In this document: positions 8,964-19,010 of the stretch, in pieces
How positions within the stretch are numbered: position 1 is the stretch's first letter
Layout of the letters: every line of letters starts with the position of its first letter
NCBI GenBank assembly: GCA_963813535.1
Contig: CAWEZH010000002.1
Span: 96,001 to 160,000, forward strand
From: an uncultured Chloroflexia bacterium
GTDB taxonomy: Bacteria; Chloroflexota; Limnocylindria; Limnocylindrales; CSP1-4
DNA length: 64,000 nucleotides
Direction: 5' to 3'
The notes under the pieces: model-generated
Told to the model about the DNA's origin: nothing
The model's input: only the letters and a program-made list of their open reading frames with translations
Database searches by the model: none
Made by a program: the position numbers and the translations under genes

Positions 8964-10793
8964 ATGTGCGGCATCGTGGGCTATACGGGACCCCGGGAGG
9001 CGGGTCCCATCCTCATCGAAGGCCTGGCTCGGCTCGAGTACCGCGGATACGACTCCGCGGGGATCGCCCTGGTCGACGACGGGGGCGACCTGTTCGTCGA
9101 GAAGAAGGCCGGCAAACTGGCCAATCTGCGAGCGGCGATCGCCGACCGGACCCCGCACGCCGCGATCGGCCTGGCCCACACCCGCTGGGCGACCCACGGT
9201 CGTCCGAACGATCTGAACGCGCATCCGCACCAGGACTGCACGGGCGAGATCACGGTCATCCACAACGGGATCATCGAGAACTTCCGCGAGCTGCGCGACG
9301 GACTCGAGGCACGTGGTCACCGGCTCACGTCCGAGACCGACACCGAGGCCCTCGCTCACCTCGTCGAGGAGTGCTATCAGGGGGACCTCGCCGATGCGGT
9401 GCGGGGCACGCTCCGGCAGGTCCATGGCGCCTACGCGATCGCGGTCATGCATCGTGGTGAGGGCGACCGGCTGGTCGGCGCGCGCAAGGACGTGCCGCTG
9501 GTGGTCGGCCTCGCCGACGGCGAGACCTTCCTCGCCAGTGACGTCGCGGCGATCCTCGTCCACACGAACCAGGTCGTGTTCCTCGAGGACGGCGACGTGG
9601 CCGACCTGCACCCGGCGGGTGTGACGATCACGAATGTCGACGGCATCCCCCAGCAGCGCGACGTCACGACGATCGACTGGTCGCCCGAGGCGGCGGAGAA
9701 GGGCGGCTACGAGCATTTCATGCTTAAGGAGATCCACGAGCAGCCCCAGTCGCTGCGCCAGGCCATCGCCGGGCGCGTGACCAGCGAGGACCACATCTGG
9801 CTCGAGGAGCTCGAGGGGTTCGAGGAGACGCTGGCCAAGATCGACCGGGTCGAGCTCATCGCCTGCGGGACGGCCTACTACGCCGCGCTCGTCGGGGCGG
9901 CCGCGATCCAGGACTGGATCGGCATCCCGGCACGTGCCACGGTCGGTTCGGAATTCCGCTACAGCCCACCACCCATCGACGAGCGGACGCTGGTCATCTC
10001 GGTCACGCAGTCCGGCGAGACCGCGGACACGATCGCCCCGACCCGCCTCGCGCGCGAGCGCGGCGCGCCGGTCATCGCCGTGACCAATACGGTCGGGAGT
10101 GCGATCACCCGCGAGGCGCATCGCGTGCTGTTCCTCCAGGCAGGGCCCGAGATCGCGGTCGCGGCATCGAAGACGTTCGTCGCCCAGGTGACCACCCTCG
10201 TGATCCTCGCGGCGGCCATCGCCAAGTCACGTGGCGCGCTCGGTCTGGAACAGGAGCAAGAGCTCGGCGCGGCGCTCCACGCGCTGCCGGACGCCGCAGC
10301 GCGCGCGCTCGACAACGCGTCGGGCGTCCAAGATCTCGCGCGTCGGTACGTCAATTCGCGCGGCTTCATGTTCGTCGGCCGTGGCTATACCTATCCGACC
10401 GCGCTCGAGGGTGCCCTGAAGCTCAAGGAGGTCAGCTACGTCCATGCCGAGGGGTACGCCGCAGGCGAGATGAAGCACGGCCCCATCTCGCTGCTCGACG
10501 CCGAATGCCCGCTCGTCGCCGTGGCGACCCGTTCCTCCGTTTACGACAAGCTGGTCTCGAACGTGATGGAGGGTCGAGCTCGCGACGCCCGCGTCATCGC
10601 CGTCGCGACGGAGGGCGACCCCCAGATCGAGCGCTTCGCCGACGACATCTGCTGGGTGCCGGACACGCACGAGGCACTCAGCTCGGTGCTGGCGATCATC
10701 CCGCTCCAGCTGTTCGCCTACCACGTGGCGATCGCCCGTGGCACGGACGTGGATCAGCCGCGCAACCTGGCAAAGTCGGTCACGGTCGAGTAG
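8964..10793 (+). CDS. glmS: glutamine--fructose-6-phosphate transaminase
   Basis: MCGIVGY start, LEYRGYDSAG, HTRWATHG, QSGETADT, PRNLAKSVTVE. Confidence 0.99.
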   Translation: MCGIVGYTGPREAGPILIEGLARLEYRGYDSAGIALVDDGGDLFVEKKAGKLANLRAAIADRTPHAAIGLAHTRWATHGRPNDLNAHPHQDCTGEITVIHNGIIENFRELRDGLEARGHRLTSETDTEALAHLVEECYQGDLADAVRGTLRQVHGAYAIAVMHRGEGDRLVGARKDVPLVVGLADGETFLASDVAAILVHTNQVVFLEDGDVADLHPAGVTITNVDGIPQQRDVTTIDWSPEAAEKGGYEHFMLKEIHEQPQSLRQAIAGRVTSEDHIWLEELEGFEETLAKIDRVELIACGTAYYAALVGAAAIQDWIGIPARATVGSEFRYSPPPIDERTLVISVTQSGETADTIAPTRLARERGAPVIAVTNTVGSAITREAHRVLFLQAGPEIAVAASKTFVAQVTTLVILAAAIAKSRGALGLEQEQELGAALHALPDAAARALDNASGVQDLARRYVNSRGFMFVGRGYTYPTALEGALKLKEVSYVHAEGYAAGEMKHGPISLLDAECPLVAVATRSSVYDKLVSNVMEGRARDARVIAVATEGDPQIERFADDICWVPDTHEALSSVLAIIPLQLFAYHVAIARGTDVDQPRNLAKSVTVE

Positions 10794-10796
10794 ACG

Positions 10797-11378
10797 ATGT
10801 CGGGCGCGGCCGAAACACCTGCGCCCGGGGTCGATATGGCCCTCGCCGGCATCACCGAGCTCGGCATCGACATCATCAAGGTCGGGCGCATCCGAGCGTC
10901 GCTCGAGCGGTTCGGCTCGCGTTTCTCGAACCGCGTGCTGACACCCGCCGAGCAGCGCTACGTGCGCGGCCGGCCCGAGACCATGGCCGGACGGTGGGCC
11001 GCCAAGGAAGCGGTCTCCAAGGTGCTCGGGCTCGGCGTGCGCGGCATCGGCTGGCGCGACATCGAGATCGAGCGCTTGCCGACCGGCCAGCCCGCCGTCC
11101 GCCTGCATGGTCGCGCCCAGGCGCGCGCTGAGCAGCTCGGCATGGGCCGCATCGCCGTCACCATCAGTCACGAGTCTGACTACGCGGTGGCGATGGCGTT
11201 CGGGATCCGGACCACCGCCGGTCGCTATCTCTTCCCGCCGGACATCGAGGACCGGCTCGACGATCGGGAGCGCCGCATCCTCGCCCGGATCGAGCACCTC
11301 CGCGACCTGGCCGAATCGAACGGCGCCGCCTCACTCGCCTCTGACGCCCCAGCCGCCGGAGTCTCGGACGATGCCTGA
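10797..11378 (+). CDS. acpS: holo-[acyl-carrier-protein] synthase with C-terminal extension
   Basis: GIDII, AGRWAAKEAVSKVLG, TISHE..YAVA motifs. Confidence 0.93.
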   Translation: MSGAAETPAPGVDMALAGITELGIDIIKVGRIRASLERFGSRFSNRVLTPAEQRYVRGRPETMAGRWAAKEAVSKVLGLGVRGIGWRDIEIERLPTGQPAVRLHGRAQARAEQLGMGRIAVTISHESDYAVAMAFGIRTTAGRYLFPPDIEDRLDDRERRILARIEHLRDLAESNGAASLASDAPAAGVSDDA

Positions 11379-12465
11379 GCGCCGGGCCGTCGGCTTCGGG
11401 CGTGGTGCGGACTCGGCACCGGCCGGCGCTGGCTCGGCCGACGAACGACCCTGGCCGGAGGGCGTCCCGAAGCTCGACGAGGACGCCGCGATCGCCCTGC
11501 TGCCGAAGCGCCCGGCCCGCGGGCACAAGGGCTCCTTCGGGAAGCTGTTGGCGATCTGCGGGTCGCTCGACTACGCCGGCGCGGCACTGCTCGTCTGTCG
11601 CGCGGCCGGTCGAACCGGGGTCGGGCTCGTGACGCTGGCGGTGCCGGAGACGCTCCAGCCACTCTTCGCTGCGAAGGTCGTCGAGGCGACGACGATGGCG
11701 CTGCCCGAGGACGATGTCGAGGAGATCGACCCGGAACCGGCCCTCGCGCGCATCCTCGATCACGAACACGATGCGCTGGTGGTGGGGCCCGGGCTCCGGC
11801 CGGGTCTGGCGACCGCCGAGCTCGTGCGCCTGCTGATGGACCCGGCCGGCGAGGAGCGCCCCTCGGTCGTCCTCGACGCCGAGGCGCTGCGCTCGCTCGC
11901 GTCGATGGATGGCTGGTGGGAAGGCGAACGACGCGCAGCCGTCCTGACGCCCCATGCCGGTGAGTTCAGCCGATTGCGCGCAGGGAGTGGGGTCGCCCCT
12001 GACGCGGACGGTGACCTGATCGACGACGACATGGCGCGTGTCGCGGCGGCCAGGGACGCTGCGGCGACCTGGCGGCAGGTCGTGGTGCTCAAGGGCGCAC
12101 GGACCGTCATCGCCGCGCCGGAGGGGGACGTGGTCGTCGCACCGTTCGAGAACCCGGCCCTCGCGAGCGGGGGCACGGGCGACGTGCTGGCCGGCGCCAT
12201 CGGATCGCTGCTGGCGCAGGGGCTGACGCCGTTCGGCGCCGCCAAGCTCGGGGTGTACCTGCATGGTCTGGCGGGCGATGGCGCCCGTGAGCGGTTCGGC
12301 GACGCCGGTGTCCTGGCCTCGGACCTGCCGGAGGGCCTGGCGATCGCTCGTCGGCGGTTGACGACCATCGCCGAGCGGCACTCGCCGGACAAGCGCCTCG
12401 GCTTCCGGGTCCGCGAACCGTCCGAACCCCCGAAGGAACAGGAAGCGGACGCCGCGCGGGCGTGA
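11371..12465 (+). CDS. nnrD: NAD(P)H-hydrate dehydratase (stand-alone YjeF-C)
   Basis: HKGSFG, YAGAA, VGPGL, VLDAEAL, LTPHAGEF, LKGA.T, GGTGDVLAG. Confidence 0.93.
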   Translation: MPERRAVGFGRGADSAPAGAGSADERPWPEGVPKLDEDAAIALLPKRPARGHKGSFGKLLAICGSLDYAGAALLVCRAAGRTGVGLVTLAVPETLQPLFAAKVVEATTMALPEDDVEEIDPEPALARILDHEHDALVVGPGLRPGLATAELVRLLMDPAGEERPSVVLDAEALRSLASMDGWWEGERRAAVLTPHAGEFSRLRAGSGVAPDADGDLIDDDMARVAAARDAAATWRQVVVLKGARTVIAAPEGDVVVAPFENPALASGGTGDVLAGAIGSLLAQGLTPFGAAKLGVYLHGLAGDGARERFGDAGVLASDLPEGLAIARRRLTTIAERHSPDKRLGFRVREPSEPPKEQEADAARA

Positions 12466-12493
12466 GCGCGGCGACATCCGGGCCCTGCCACCG

Positions 12494-13748
12494 ATGACGG
12501 TGGTGGCCCGCCCCTCGATCGAGGCGCGTTTGGCGGAGGCCGGGCTGCCGCCGCTCCCCCGGATGGCGTGGCTGGAGCTCGATCTCGACGCGCTGCGCGG
12601 CAACCTCGCGTCACTTCGCAGCCTCGCCGCGGGCGCGCCGGTGCATCCGGTCGTGAAAGGCGACGCCTACGGTCACGGGGCGATCCCGATCGCCCGTGCG
12701 CTCGCGGACGCCGGTGCCGACGGTCTCTGCGTGGCGACCCTCGACGAGGCGCTCGAGCTGCGCGAGGCCGGCATCGACCTGCCGATCAGGGTCATGTACC
12801 CGATCCCGCCGGACACGGCCGGGGAGGCCATCCGCAACCGGGTCACGGTCGCGGTCGGGGACGGTTCGACCATCGGCGCCCTGCTGGCGGCCGCGTCGCG
12901 GGTCGAGGAACGCGGAGCCGGCGATGGCGAGCTTCTCGTCGAGATCGAGATCGAGACCGGCATGGGGCGCGGCGGGACGCCGCTCTCGGACGTGCCCGGG
13001 CTCGTCGATCGAAATCGACGCGACATCAGGTGTCCGTCTGACCGGTCTCTGGACGCATCTCCAGGCCAGCGAAGACGAGACGAACACGGCGGGGCAGCTC
13101 GAGCGCTTCGAGGCGGCATCGCGCGCGATCACGGGGAGCGGCCGGGACACGCCGCAGCGGCACGTGGCCGCCAGCGGCGGCCTGCTCACCGGGGTCGCCG
13201 GGTTCGACGGCGTGCGACCCGGCCTGTCGACCTACGGGATCGTGCCCGACGAGCTCGGCGATCGGCCGCTGCGCGGTCCGGGTCGCGACGGCTTCCGCCC
13301 CGTCATGTCCCTGCGCGCCCGTCCGGTGCGGGTCGCGGAGCTGCCGGCGGGTCACGGCGTCAGCTACGGGCCGACCTTCACGACGTCCCGTCCGAGCCGG
13401 ATCGCGACCCTCCCGCTCGGCTACGGCGACGGCTACGCTCGCGCGCACGCCCATCAGGGGCAGGCGCTGATCCGCGGCCTCCGTGTTCCCATCGTCGGGA
13501 ACATCACGATGGACGCGATCATGGTCGATGTCACGGACGTTCCCGGTGCCCCGGTCGATCTCGCCGACGAGTTCGTCCTGCTCGGAACACAGGGTGACGA
13601 GCGCATCTCCATCGAGGGGCTGGCGCAGCAGCGCACCACCAACACCTGGGAGGTCGCGACCTCGATGTCCGGTCGACTACCCCGGGTGTACCATGCCGCG
13701 ACCGGAGCGGTGGTGGGTCTGCGGACACTCACGCGGTGGAGAGGGTAG
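12494..13748 (+). CDS. alr: alanine racemase, +1 frameshift near 13012 (probable sequencing error)
   Basis: VVKGDAYGHG (PLP Lys) and ETGMGRGG in one frame; VRPGLSTYG, GVSYG, LGYGDG, TMD in the next; removing one A from GATCGAAATCGAC restores a single frame. Confidence 0.93.
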
Positions 13749-14305
13749 TGGCACGGATCGAGCTCTGGAACGGGGACATCTGCGACCTCGAGGTCGACGC
13801 ACTCGTGAACCCGGCGAACGTCTCGCTGTGGATGTCGACGGGCGTCTCGGGGGCGATCAAGCGCGCCGGCGGCGATGCGATCGAATTCGCCGCGGTGCGG
13901 CAGGCGCCTGTGCCCCTCGGTGAGGCGATCGTCACGCCCAGCGGCACGCTGGCGGCCAAGGCCGTCATCCATGCGGTCTCGCTCGACCGCGAACGCCGCA
14001 CGAGCGGCCCGGTCATCGAGTCGGCGGTGCGCAGCGCCATGGCGCGGGCCCGCGAGATCGGCGCGACCAGCATCGCCTTCCCGGCGCTCGGGACCGGCGT
14101 CGGCGGGTTCCCGCTCGAGGAGTCGGCGCGGATCACCATCGAGACCGTCCGCGACGAGCTGGCGCGCTCACCCGACATCGAGCACGTGACGTTCGCCCTC
14201 CGTGGTGGCGCCGCGTACCAGGCGTTCGAGGCCGCCCTCGGCCGGACCGTGTCCGCTCAGGGCCACACGCCGACCGCCCAGTCGATCGTCAGCGGTGCAT
14301 GGTGA
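13748..14305 (+). CDS. macro-domain (ADP-ribose binding) protein
   Basis: GDI, VNPAN..L....GVSGAI, VIHAV, SIAFPALGTGVGGFP. Confidence 0.92.
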   Translation: MARIELWNGDICDLEVDALVNPANVSLWMSTGVSGAIKRAGGDAIEFAAVRQAPVPLGEAIVTPSGTLAAKAVIHAVSLDRERRTSGPVIESAVRSAMARAREIGATSIAFPALGTGVGGFPLEESARITIETVRDELARSPDIEHVTFALRGGAAYQAFEAALGRTVSAQGHTPTAQSIVSGAW

Positions 14306-14592
14306 CGTTCCAGATCGAACCGGCCGAGGAAGCGCGAAACGAGCTCGTCGAGCAGGTCGCCCGGGAGATCCAGTTGCGCGGACTGACGTCGTCGGCCGTC
14401 CATTTCCTGGAAGCGAGCCGTCCGTACCGCGCCCTCGGCGCCAATGCCATGCTCTTCTTCGATCCGGTCCTGCGCGGCGTGTTCGGCGGCGACCTCGCCT
14501 CCGCGACGGAGATCCTCGCCGACGACACCGGCATCGAGCTGCTCATCGCGCGGCTCGAGGAGCTCGACGACGAGCTCGTCTGGGACGGCTGA
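14299..14592 (+). CDS. small conserved-looking hypothetical protein
   Basis: Overlaps the macrodomain stop; genome-typical codon usage; A..FLEASRP motif. Confidence 0.75.
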   Translation: MVTFQIEPAEEARNELVEQVAREIQLRGLTSSAVHFLEASRPYRALGANAMLFFDPVLRGVFGGDLASATEILADDTGIELLIARLEELDDELVWDG

Positions 14593-14655
14593 ACCGACCC
14601 GACTGACCATCCGACTCCGGCGGCCGGTCGAGCCCACTCCGGGTAGCATCTGACG

Positions 14656-16278
14656 GTGACGACCCAACCCCACGCCTTCCTGACGATCGACCACGGGTCG
14701 GCGACCGTGTCGGTGGCCCTGATCGGCCGGGCAGGCGGCGCGTGGCGGCTCATCGGCAACCTGGCGATCCCCACGGACGCCGAGCTCGATCCCGCCATCG
14801 ACCTGCTCATCGCCCGCACGATCGCGGCCGACGCACGCGTGGCCGCGGGCCTCGGCATCGTGGGTCTCGACCGGGACGCACTGCCGGTCCTCGAGGTGCG
14901 GAGCCGCCGGCCGCGGCGACTGGCGGTGGTCGCGGGCTCCGAGCGGACGCTCAGCGGGCTCCTCGCGACCGCCGGGCGCAGCGGGTGGCGCGCGTCCGGG
15001 GGAAGCACGGAGACGACGGATCCACTGGCGATGACCCGGCTCCTTCTCGACCGGACGGTCGAGGCGATCGTCGTCGGCGCCGGTGATCCGCCGCGTGGGG
15101 ACGAGCGCAGCGGGATCCGTGAGCTGGCGACGCTCGTCGCGGCCGCGGCGACGCGGCGGCCCGATGTGCCGGTCGTCCTGTCCGGGTCGATGTCGGAGGC
15201 GCTTGACGTCTTCGGCGATGTGGGTGCGCGTCCCGGCGAGATCGTGCTTGCGCCGGCCGCCCGACGCACGACCGGCGCCGTTGATGCCGACGCCCCCGAT
15301 CCGCTCGCCGACCTGCTCCTCGAGCTGGCGCTGCCCGCCGACGACCCGCGGCGCGCCCTCGGCACCGGCACGCGGACCCTGGCCGAGCTGCTCGACCGGC
15401 GGGTCGATGCGATCGTGCTCGGTCACGACGCGGCGGCCCGAGCCGTGGCCGTACCAGGGCAGGGCGGGCAGCCATCGACCGTGCGGCTGGCCGTCGTCCC
15501 GGATGCCGCCGTGGCCCCGGACGAACCCGACGATGCCGTCGTCGACGGTGTCATCGCGTGGTCGACGGCGCCGACCGACCGCCATCGTCTGCGCGATCGA
15601 CTCCGTGAGCTCCGCATCGCCCCGTGGTCGGATCCGGCGGGTGATGGTGCGGCGCTTCGGATGGCTGCCGCTCGGGCGGCACTGGTCCGACTGGCGAGCG
15701 CCACGTCACACTTCGACGACGGCCCGGTGCCTGACCTGATCGTCGCCGCCAGCGGGGTATGGACATCGGTCCCGGCGCCGGCGGTGGCGCTCGCCCACAT
15801 CGATGTCCTGCGCCGGCCGGGTGCCAGCCAGTACGCCCTGGACCATGCCCGGCTCCTCGGCCCGTTGGGGGCGATCCCGGACGCCGGCGAGCGACGCGTG
15901 CTGCTGATGGACCTCGTCGACGACCTGCTGGCGCCGCTCGGCAGTGTCGTGACACCCGCCGGGCTTCGCGCAGGCAAGTCGATCGGCAGCGTCCTCGTCC
16001 ACGCCCCGGACGGCACGAACGAGCTGGAGCTCACGCCGGGCGGCCTCGAGCTGGTCGACCTCCCGCCGGGCTCCACCGCAGTCGCCGAGTTCAAGTTCCG
16101 CGATCGCGTCCGGCTGGGTGGCCGCGGCCGCCATTTCGCCATCGACGTGGCCGGCGGTCTCGCGGGACTGATGGTCGACCTGCGCGACGTCCCGCTGCGC
16201 CTGCCCGATCGCGCCGATCGCCGGCGCGACCTGCTGGCGGCGTGGCAGTCGTCGCTCTGGGCGGGCTCCGACGGATGA
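14656..16278 (+). CDS. GlmL/MutL(glutamate mutase L)-like ASKHA-fold protein
   Basis: N-terminal FLTIDHGS phosphate-1-like motif; C-terminal GGLAGLMVDLRDVPLRLP..R...L..W resembling extended GlmL-like proteins (recalled, not searched). Confidence 0.65.
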   Translation: MTTQPHAFLTIDHGSATVSVALIGRAGGAWRLIGNLAIPTDAELDPAIDLLIARTIAADARVAAGLGIVGLDRDALPVLEVRSRRPRRLAVVAGSERTLSGLLATAGRSGWRASGGSTETTDPLAMTRLLLDRTVEAIVVGAGDPPRGDERSGIRELATLVAAAATRRPDVPVVLSGSMSEALDVFGDVGARPGEIVLAPAARRTTGAVDADAPDPLADLLLELALPADDPRRALGTGTRTLAELLDRRVDAIVLGHDAAARAVAVPGQGGQPSTVRLAVVPDAAVAPDEPDDAVVDGVIAWSTAPTDRHRLRDRLRELRIAPWSDPAGDGAALRMAAARAALVRLASATSHFDDGPVPDLIVAASGVWTSVPAPAVALAHIDVLRRPGASQYALDHARLLGPLGAIPDAGERRVLLMDLVDDLLAPLGSVVTPAGLRAGKSIGSVLVHAPDGTNELELTPGGLELVDLPPGSTAVAEFKFRDRVRLGGRGRHFAIDVAGGLAGLMVDLRDVPLRLPDRADRRRDLLAAWQSSLWAGSDG

Positions 16279-17321
16279 CCGAGGGCAACGGACACGTCCC
16301 GGACGGAGCGCCGGGTGCGCCCCCGGTGCTCGAGCCGGCGCACATCGAGGCGGTTCCCGTCGAGCCGCGACTGGACCTGGGCGTCGTCCGCGTCCGGCGC
16401 CTCCTCGAGGGACCCGTGGAGGTCACGTTCCCGCTTTCTCCGGGTGACCGTGCCCTGGTCGCCGCCGGGGAGTCGGTCGTGCCCGGCGCGCCGATCATCG
16501 AGCGGATCCGCGACCCACAGCTGAACGATGTCGTCGTGCCGCCCTCGTCGGAGCCGGCGCCCGGCGGCCGGATCCCGGACGGGGAACTGCTGTTCGAGTG
16601 GCGCGGTCGCTGGCGCGTGGCCACCGGCGAGGTCACCGAGGCGTTGGACAGCCCGGTCGCCGGCATCGTCAAGGAGGTTCGGCCGGGGGGTGGCGTCGTG
16701 GTTCGCGCCACCGGTCGCGGTCTGCGGGCGATCGTCACCCTTGGCGGCCCGACACGCGGCAAGCTGCACGTGGCGTCCTGGGTGGAGGGCGAGCTGCGCA
16801 GCGGCTCGGTCGATGTCGGCCTTGCCGGCAGGATCCTCGTCGTCGGGTCGCGCATCGACGCCGAGACCCTCACCCGGGCACGGGCGATGGGCGTTCGCGG
16901 CATCATCGTCGCCGGCCTGGCCAGCAAGGAGCGACGCGACTTCCTCGCCTCGGAGAACCGCCAGAAGGCGGCCCTCCATCGACTGCCGCCGTTCGCCGTC
17001 CTGGTGCTCGAAGGTGCCGTCCGGCGGCCGTTGGCCGGCCCGGTGATGGACATCCTCGAGGCGCTGGAGGGGCAGGACGTGGCCATCGTCGCCGACCCCC
17101 CGACGCTGGTCTTCGACCTGCCCGAGCTCGACATCCCGCCACCCCGACCCGACCACATCCGGATCCGCGCCGGGCAGCTCAGCGGGCGGGAGGGCACGTG
17201 GGCCGGGCTCGTCGGTCCGCGGCGGTTCACCGGTGGGGTGCACCTCGAAGCAGGCACGGTCCGCTTCGATGACGGCTCGATCGTCGCGGTCCCGCTCGGC
17301 GACCTCGAACGGTTCGCGTGA
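16275..17321 (+). CDS. hypothetical protein with barrel-sandwich-hybrid-like motifs, partner of the GlmL-like protein
   Basis: ATGA-coupled; LVAAGESVVPGAPI and SPVAGIVKEV motifs; ARAMGVRGIIVAG alpha/beta segment. Confidence 0.7.
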   Translation: MTEGNGHVPDGAPGAPPVLEPAHIEAVPVEPRLDLGVVRVRRLLEGPVEVTFPLSPGDRALVAAGESVVPGAPIIERIRDPQLNDVVVPPSSEPAPGGRIPDGELLFEWRGRWRVATGEVTEALDSPVAGIVKEVRPGGGVVVRATGRGLRAIVTLGGPTRGKLHVASWVEGELRSGSVDVGLAGRILVVGSRIDAETLTRARAMGVRGIIVAGLASKERRDFLASENRQKAALHRLPPFAVLVLEGAVRRPLAGPVMDILEALEGQDVAIVADPPTLVFDLPELDIPPPRPDHIRIRAGQLSGREGTWAGLVGPRRFTGGVHLEAGTVRFDDGSIVAVPLGDLERFA

Positions 17322-17800
17322 TCGACGTGGTCACGTCCGGCGTCGACGAGCGTGTCGTCGTCAGCCCCGATCCCGACGCGACGACACGGCTCGGCGAGGC
17401 GCTCGGTCGGGTCGCGCAGGCTGGTGACCTCATCTGCCTGTGGGGCGACCTCGGAGCCGGCAAGACGCACCTTGCCAAGGCATTCGGGGCGGCGCTCGGG
17501 GTGACCGACATCATCGCCTCGCCGAGCTTCATCCTCATGGCCGAGTACGAGGGTCGATCGCCGCTCTTCCACATCGATCCGTACCGCCTCGTCAGCGCCG
17601 AGGACGCCCTTGCCGGCGGTCTCATCGACGAGCGGCAGGCGGCCGGCGTCACCCTCGTCGAATGGCCGGAGCGGCTCGGCGACGCGCTGCCGATCGACCG
17701 ACTCGACGTCCGCATCGATGGGACCGGCGACGAGCCACGGACGATCACCCTCACGGCCTGGGCGCCACGATATCGGCGCTACATCGAGGCGGCCTCGTGA
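17318..17800 (+). CDS. tsaE: t6A biosynthesis ATPase
   Basis: GDLGAGKT, SPSF, HIDPYRL, VEWPE. Confidence 0.97.
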   Translation: MIDVVTSGVDERVVVSPDPDATTRLGEALGRVAQAGDLICLWGDLGAGKTHLAKAFGAALGVTDIIASPSFILMAEYEGRSPLFHIDPYRLVSAEDALAGGLIDERQAAGVTLVEWPERLGDALPIDRLDVRIDGTGDEPRTITLTAWAPRYRRYIEAAS

Positions 17801-18477
17801 GTGGCCACGACGGCCGCCGTCCTGCGATCCTCGCGATCGACACGGCCACGACCCGTGTCGTGATCGCCACAGGATCGCCGGATGGCGTCGCGGACGGCAT
17901 CTCGACATGGGCGGCCGGCTATCGCCATGGCGAGACGCTGCTCCCCTCCATCGGCCGGTTCCTCGGCGAGCAGAACATCCGCCGCTCCCGGTTGACGGGG
18001 ATCGTCGTCGGCACCGGTCCGGGTGCGTTCACGGGTCTGCGCGTCGGCCTCGCCACGGCGAAGGGGATGGCCCACGGGCTCCGGATCCCGCTCGTCGGGG
18101 TGCCGACCGGGGAGGCGCTGCTCGCGGCGAGCGGACTCGCCCACCCCGTGCTGCTGCTGCCGGCCGGCCCGTCGGACCGCATCCTCGTCAGGCCCGGCAG
18201 GCGGCCCGAGCCACTGCCGGCCGGACTGGAGGCGGAGATCGAGGATGGCGAGACCCTCGTCGCCCTGGATCTGGAGGGACGCGCCCCGGCCGATGCCCTC
18301 GCGCGCGGCGAGGCGGCCCACGCCCGGCTCGGCCACGAGCTCATCCGCCTGGGTGCGGAGCGCCTGCGCGCGGCGGGGTCCTCCGAGCTCGAGACCCTCG
18401 TCCCCGACTACGTCACCTTGCCGCGCGGCGTCCGCACGGCCGACGGATCCGTCGCATGGTCGCGCGACCACCGGTGA
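17797..18477 (+). CDS. tsaB: t6A biosynthesis protein
   Basis: ILAIDTAT, GPGAFTGLRVG, LVPDY. Confidence 0.95.
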   Translation: MSGHDGRRPAILAIDTATTRVVIATGSPDGVADGISTWAAGYRHGETLLPSIGRFLGEQNIRRSRLTGIVVGTGPGAFTGLRVGLATAKGMAHGLRIPLVGVPTGEALLAASGLAHPVLLLPAGPSDRILVRPGRRPEPLPAGLEAEIEDGETLVALDLEGRAPADALARGEAAHARLGHELIRLGAERLRAAGSSELETLVPDYVTLPRGVRTADGSVAWSRDHR

Positions 18478-19010
18478 GGATCGTCATCGAGCCGATGGGG
18501 CTCGATGACCTCCCAGCCGTCCAGGCGATCGAGCAGTCCAGCTTCACGGCGCCGTGGCCGCCCCACGCGTACCGCAGCGAGCTCGAATCGAACCGTCTGG
18601 CGCACTATCTCGTCGCTCGCGCCGGTGAGGCGGTGACCGCCTATGGCGGGATGTGGCTGATGGTCGACGAGGCGCACATCACGACCTTCGCCGTGCATCC
18701 CGCCTGGCGCCGCCAGCGGATCGGCGAGCGGCTGTTGCTGGCGTTCCTCGACATCGCGACCGAGTTGGGTGCCAACGAGGCGACCCTCGAGGTCCGGCTG
18801 TCCAACCTCGCCGCACGTGCCCTTTACGAGAAATACGGTTTCCGACCCGTCGGCCTCCGCCCGCGCTACTACAGCGACGACCAGGAGGACGCCCTCATCA
18901 TGACCACGCTGCCGCTCGGCGAGCCCGCGATGCGAGAGCGGATCGATCGGCTCCGCGTCGAGCTCGATGCATCGCCGGCACCGACGGAACCCGACGGGGG
19001 ATCGTCGTGA
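18456..19010 (+). CDS. rimI: ribosomal-protein alanine N-acetyltransferase
   Basis: DEAHITTFAVHP.WRRQRIG, TLEVRLSN..A..LY.KYGF, RYY..EDALIM. Confidence 0.95.
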   Translation: MVARPPVRIVIEPMGLDDLPAVQAIEQSSFTAPWPPHAYRSELESNRLAHYLVARAGEAVTAYGGMWLMVDEAHITTFAVHPAWRRQRIGERLLLAFLDIATELGANEATLEVRLSNLAARALYEKYGFRPVGLRPRYYSDDQEDALIMTTLPLGEPAMRERIDRLRVELDASPAPTEPDGGSS

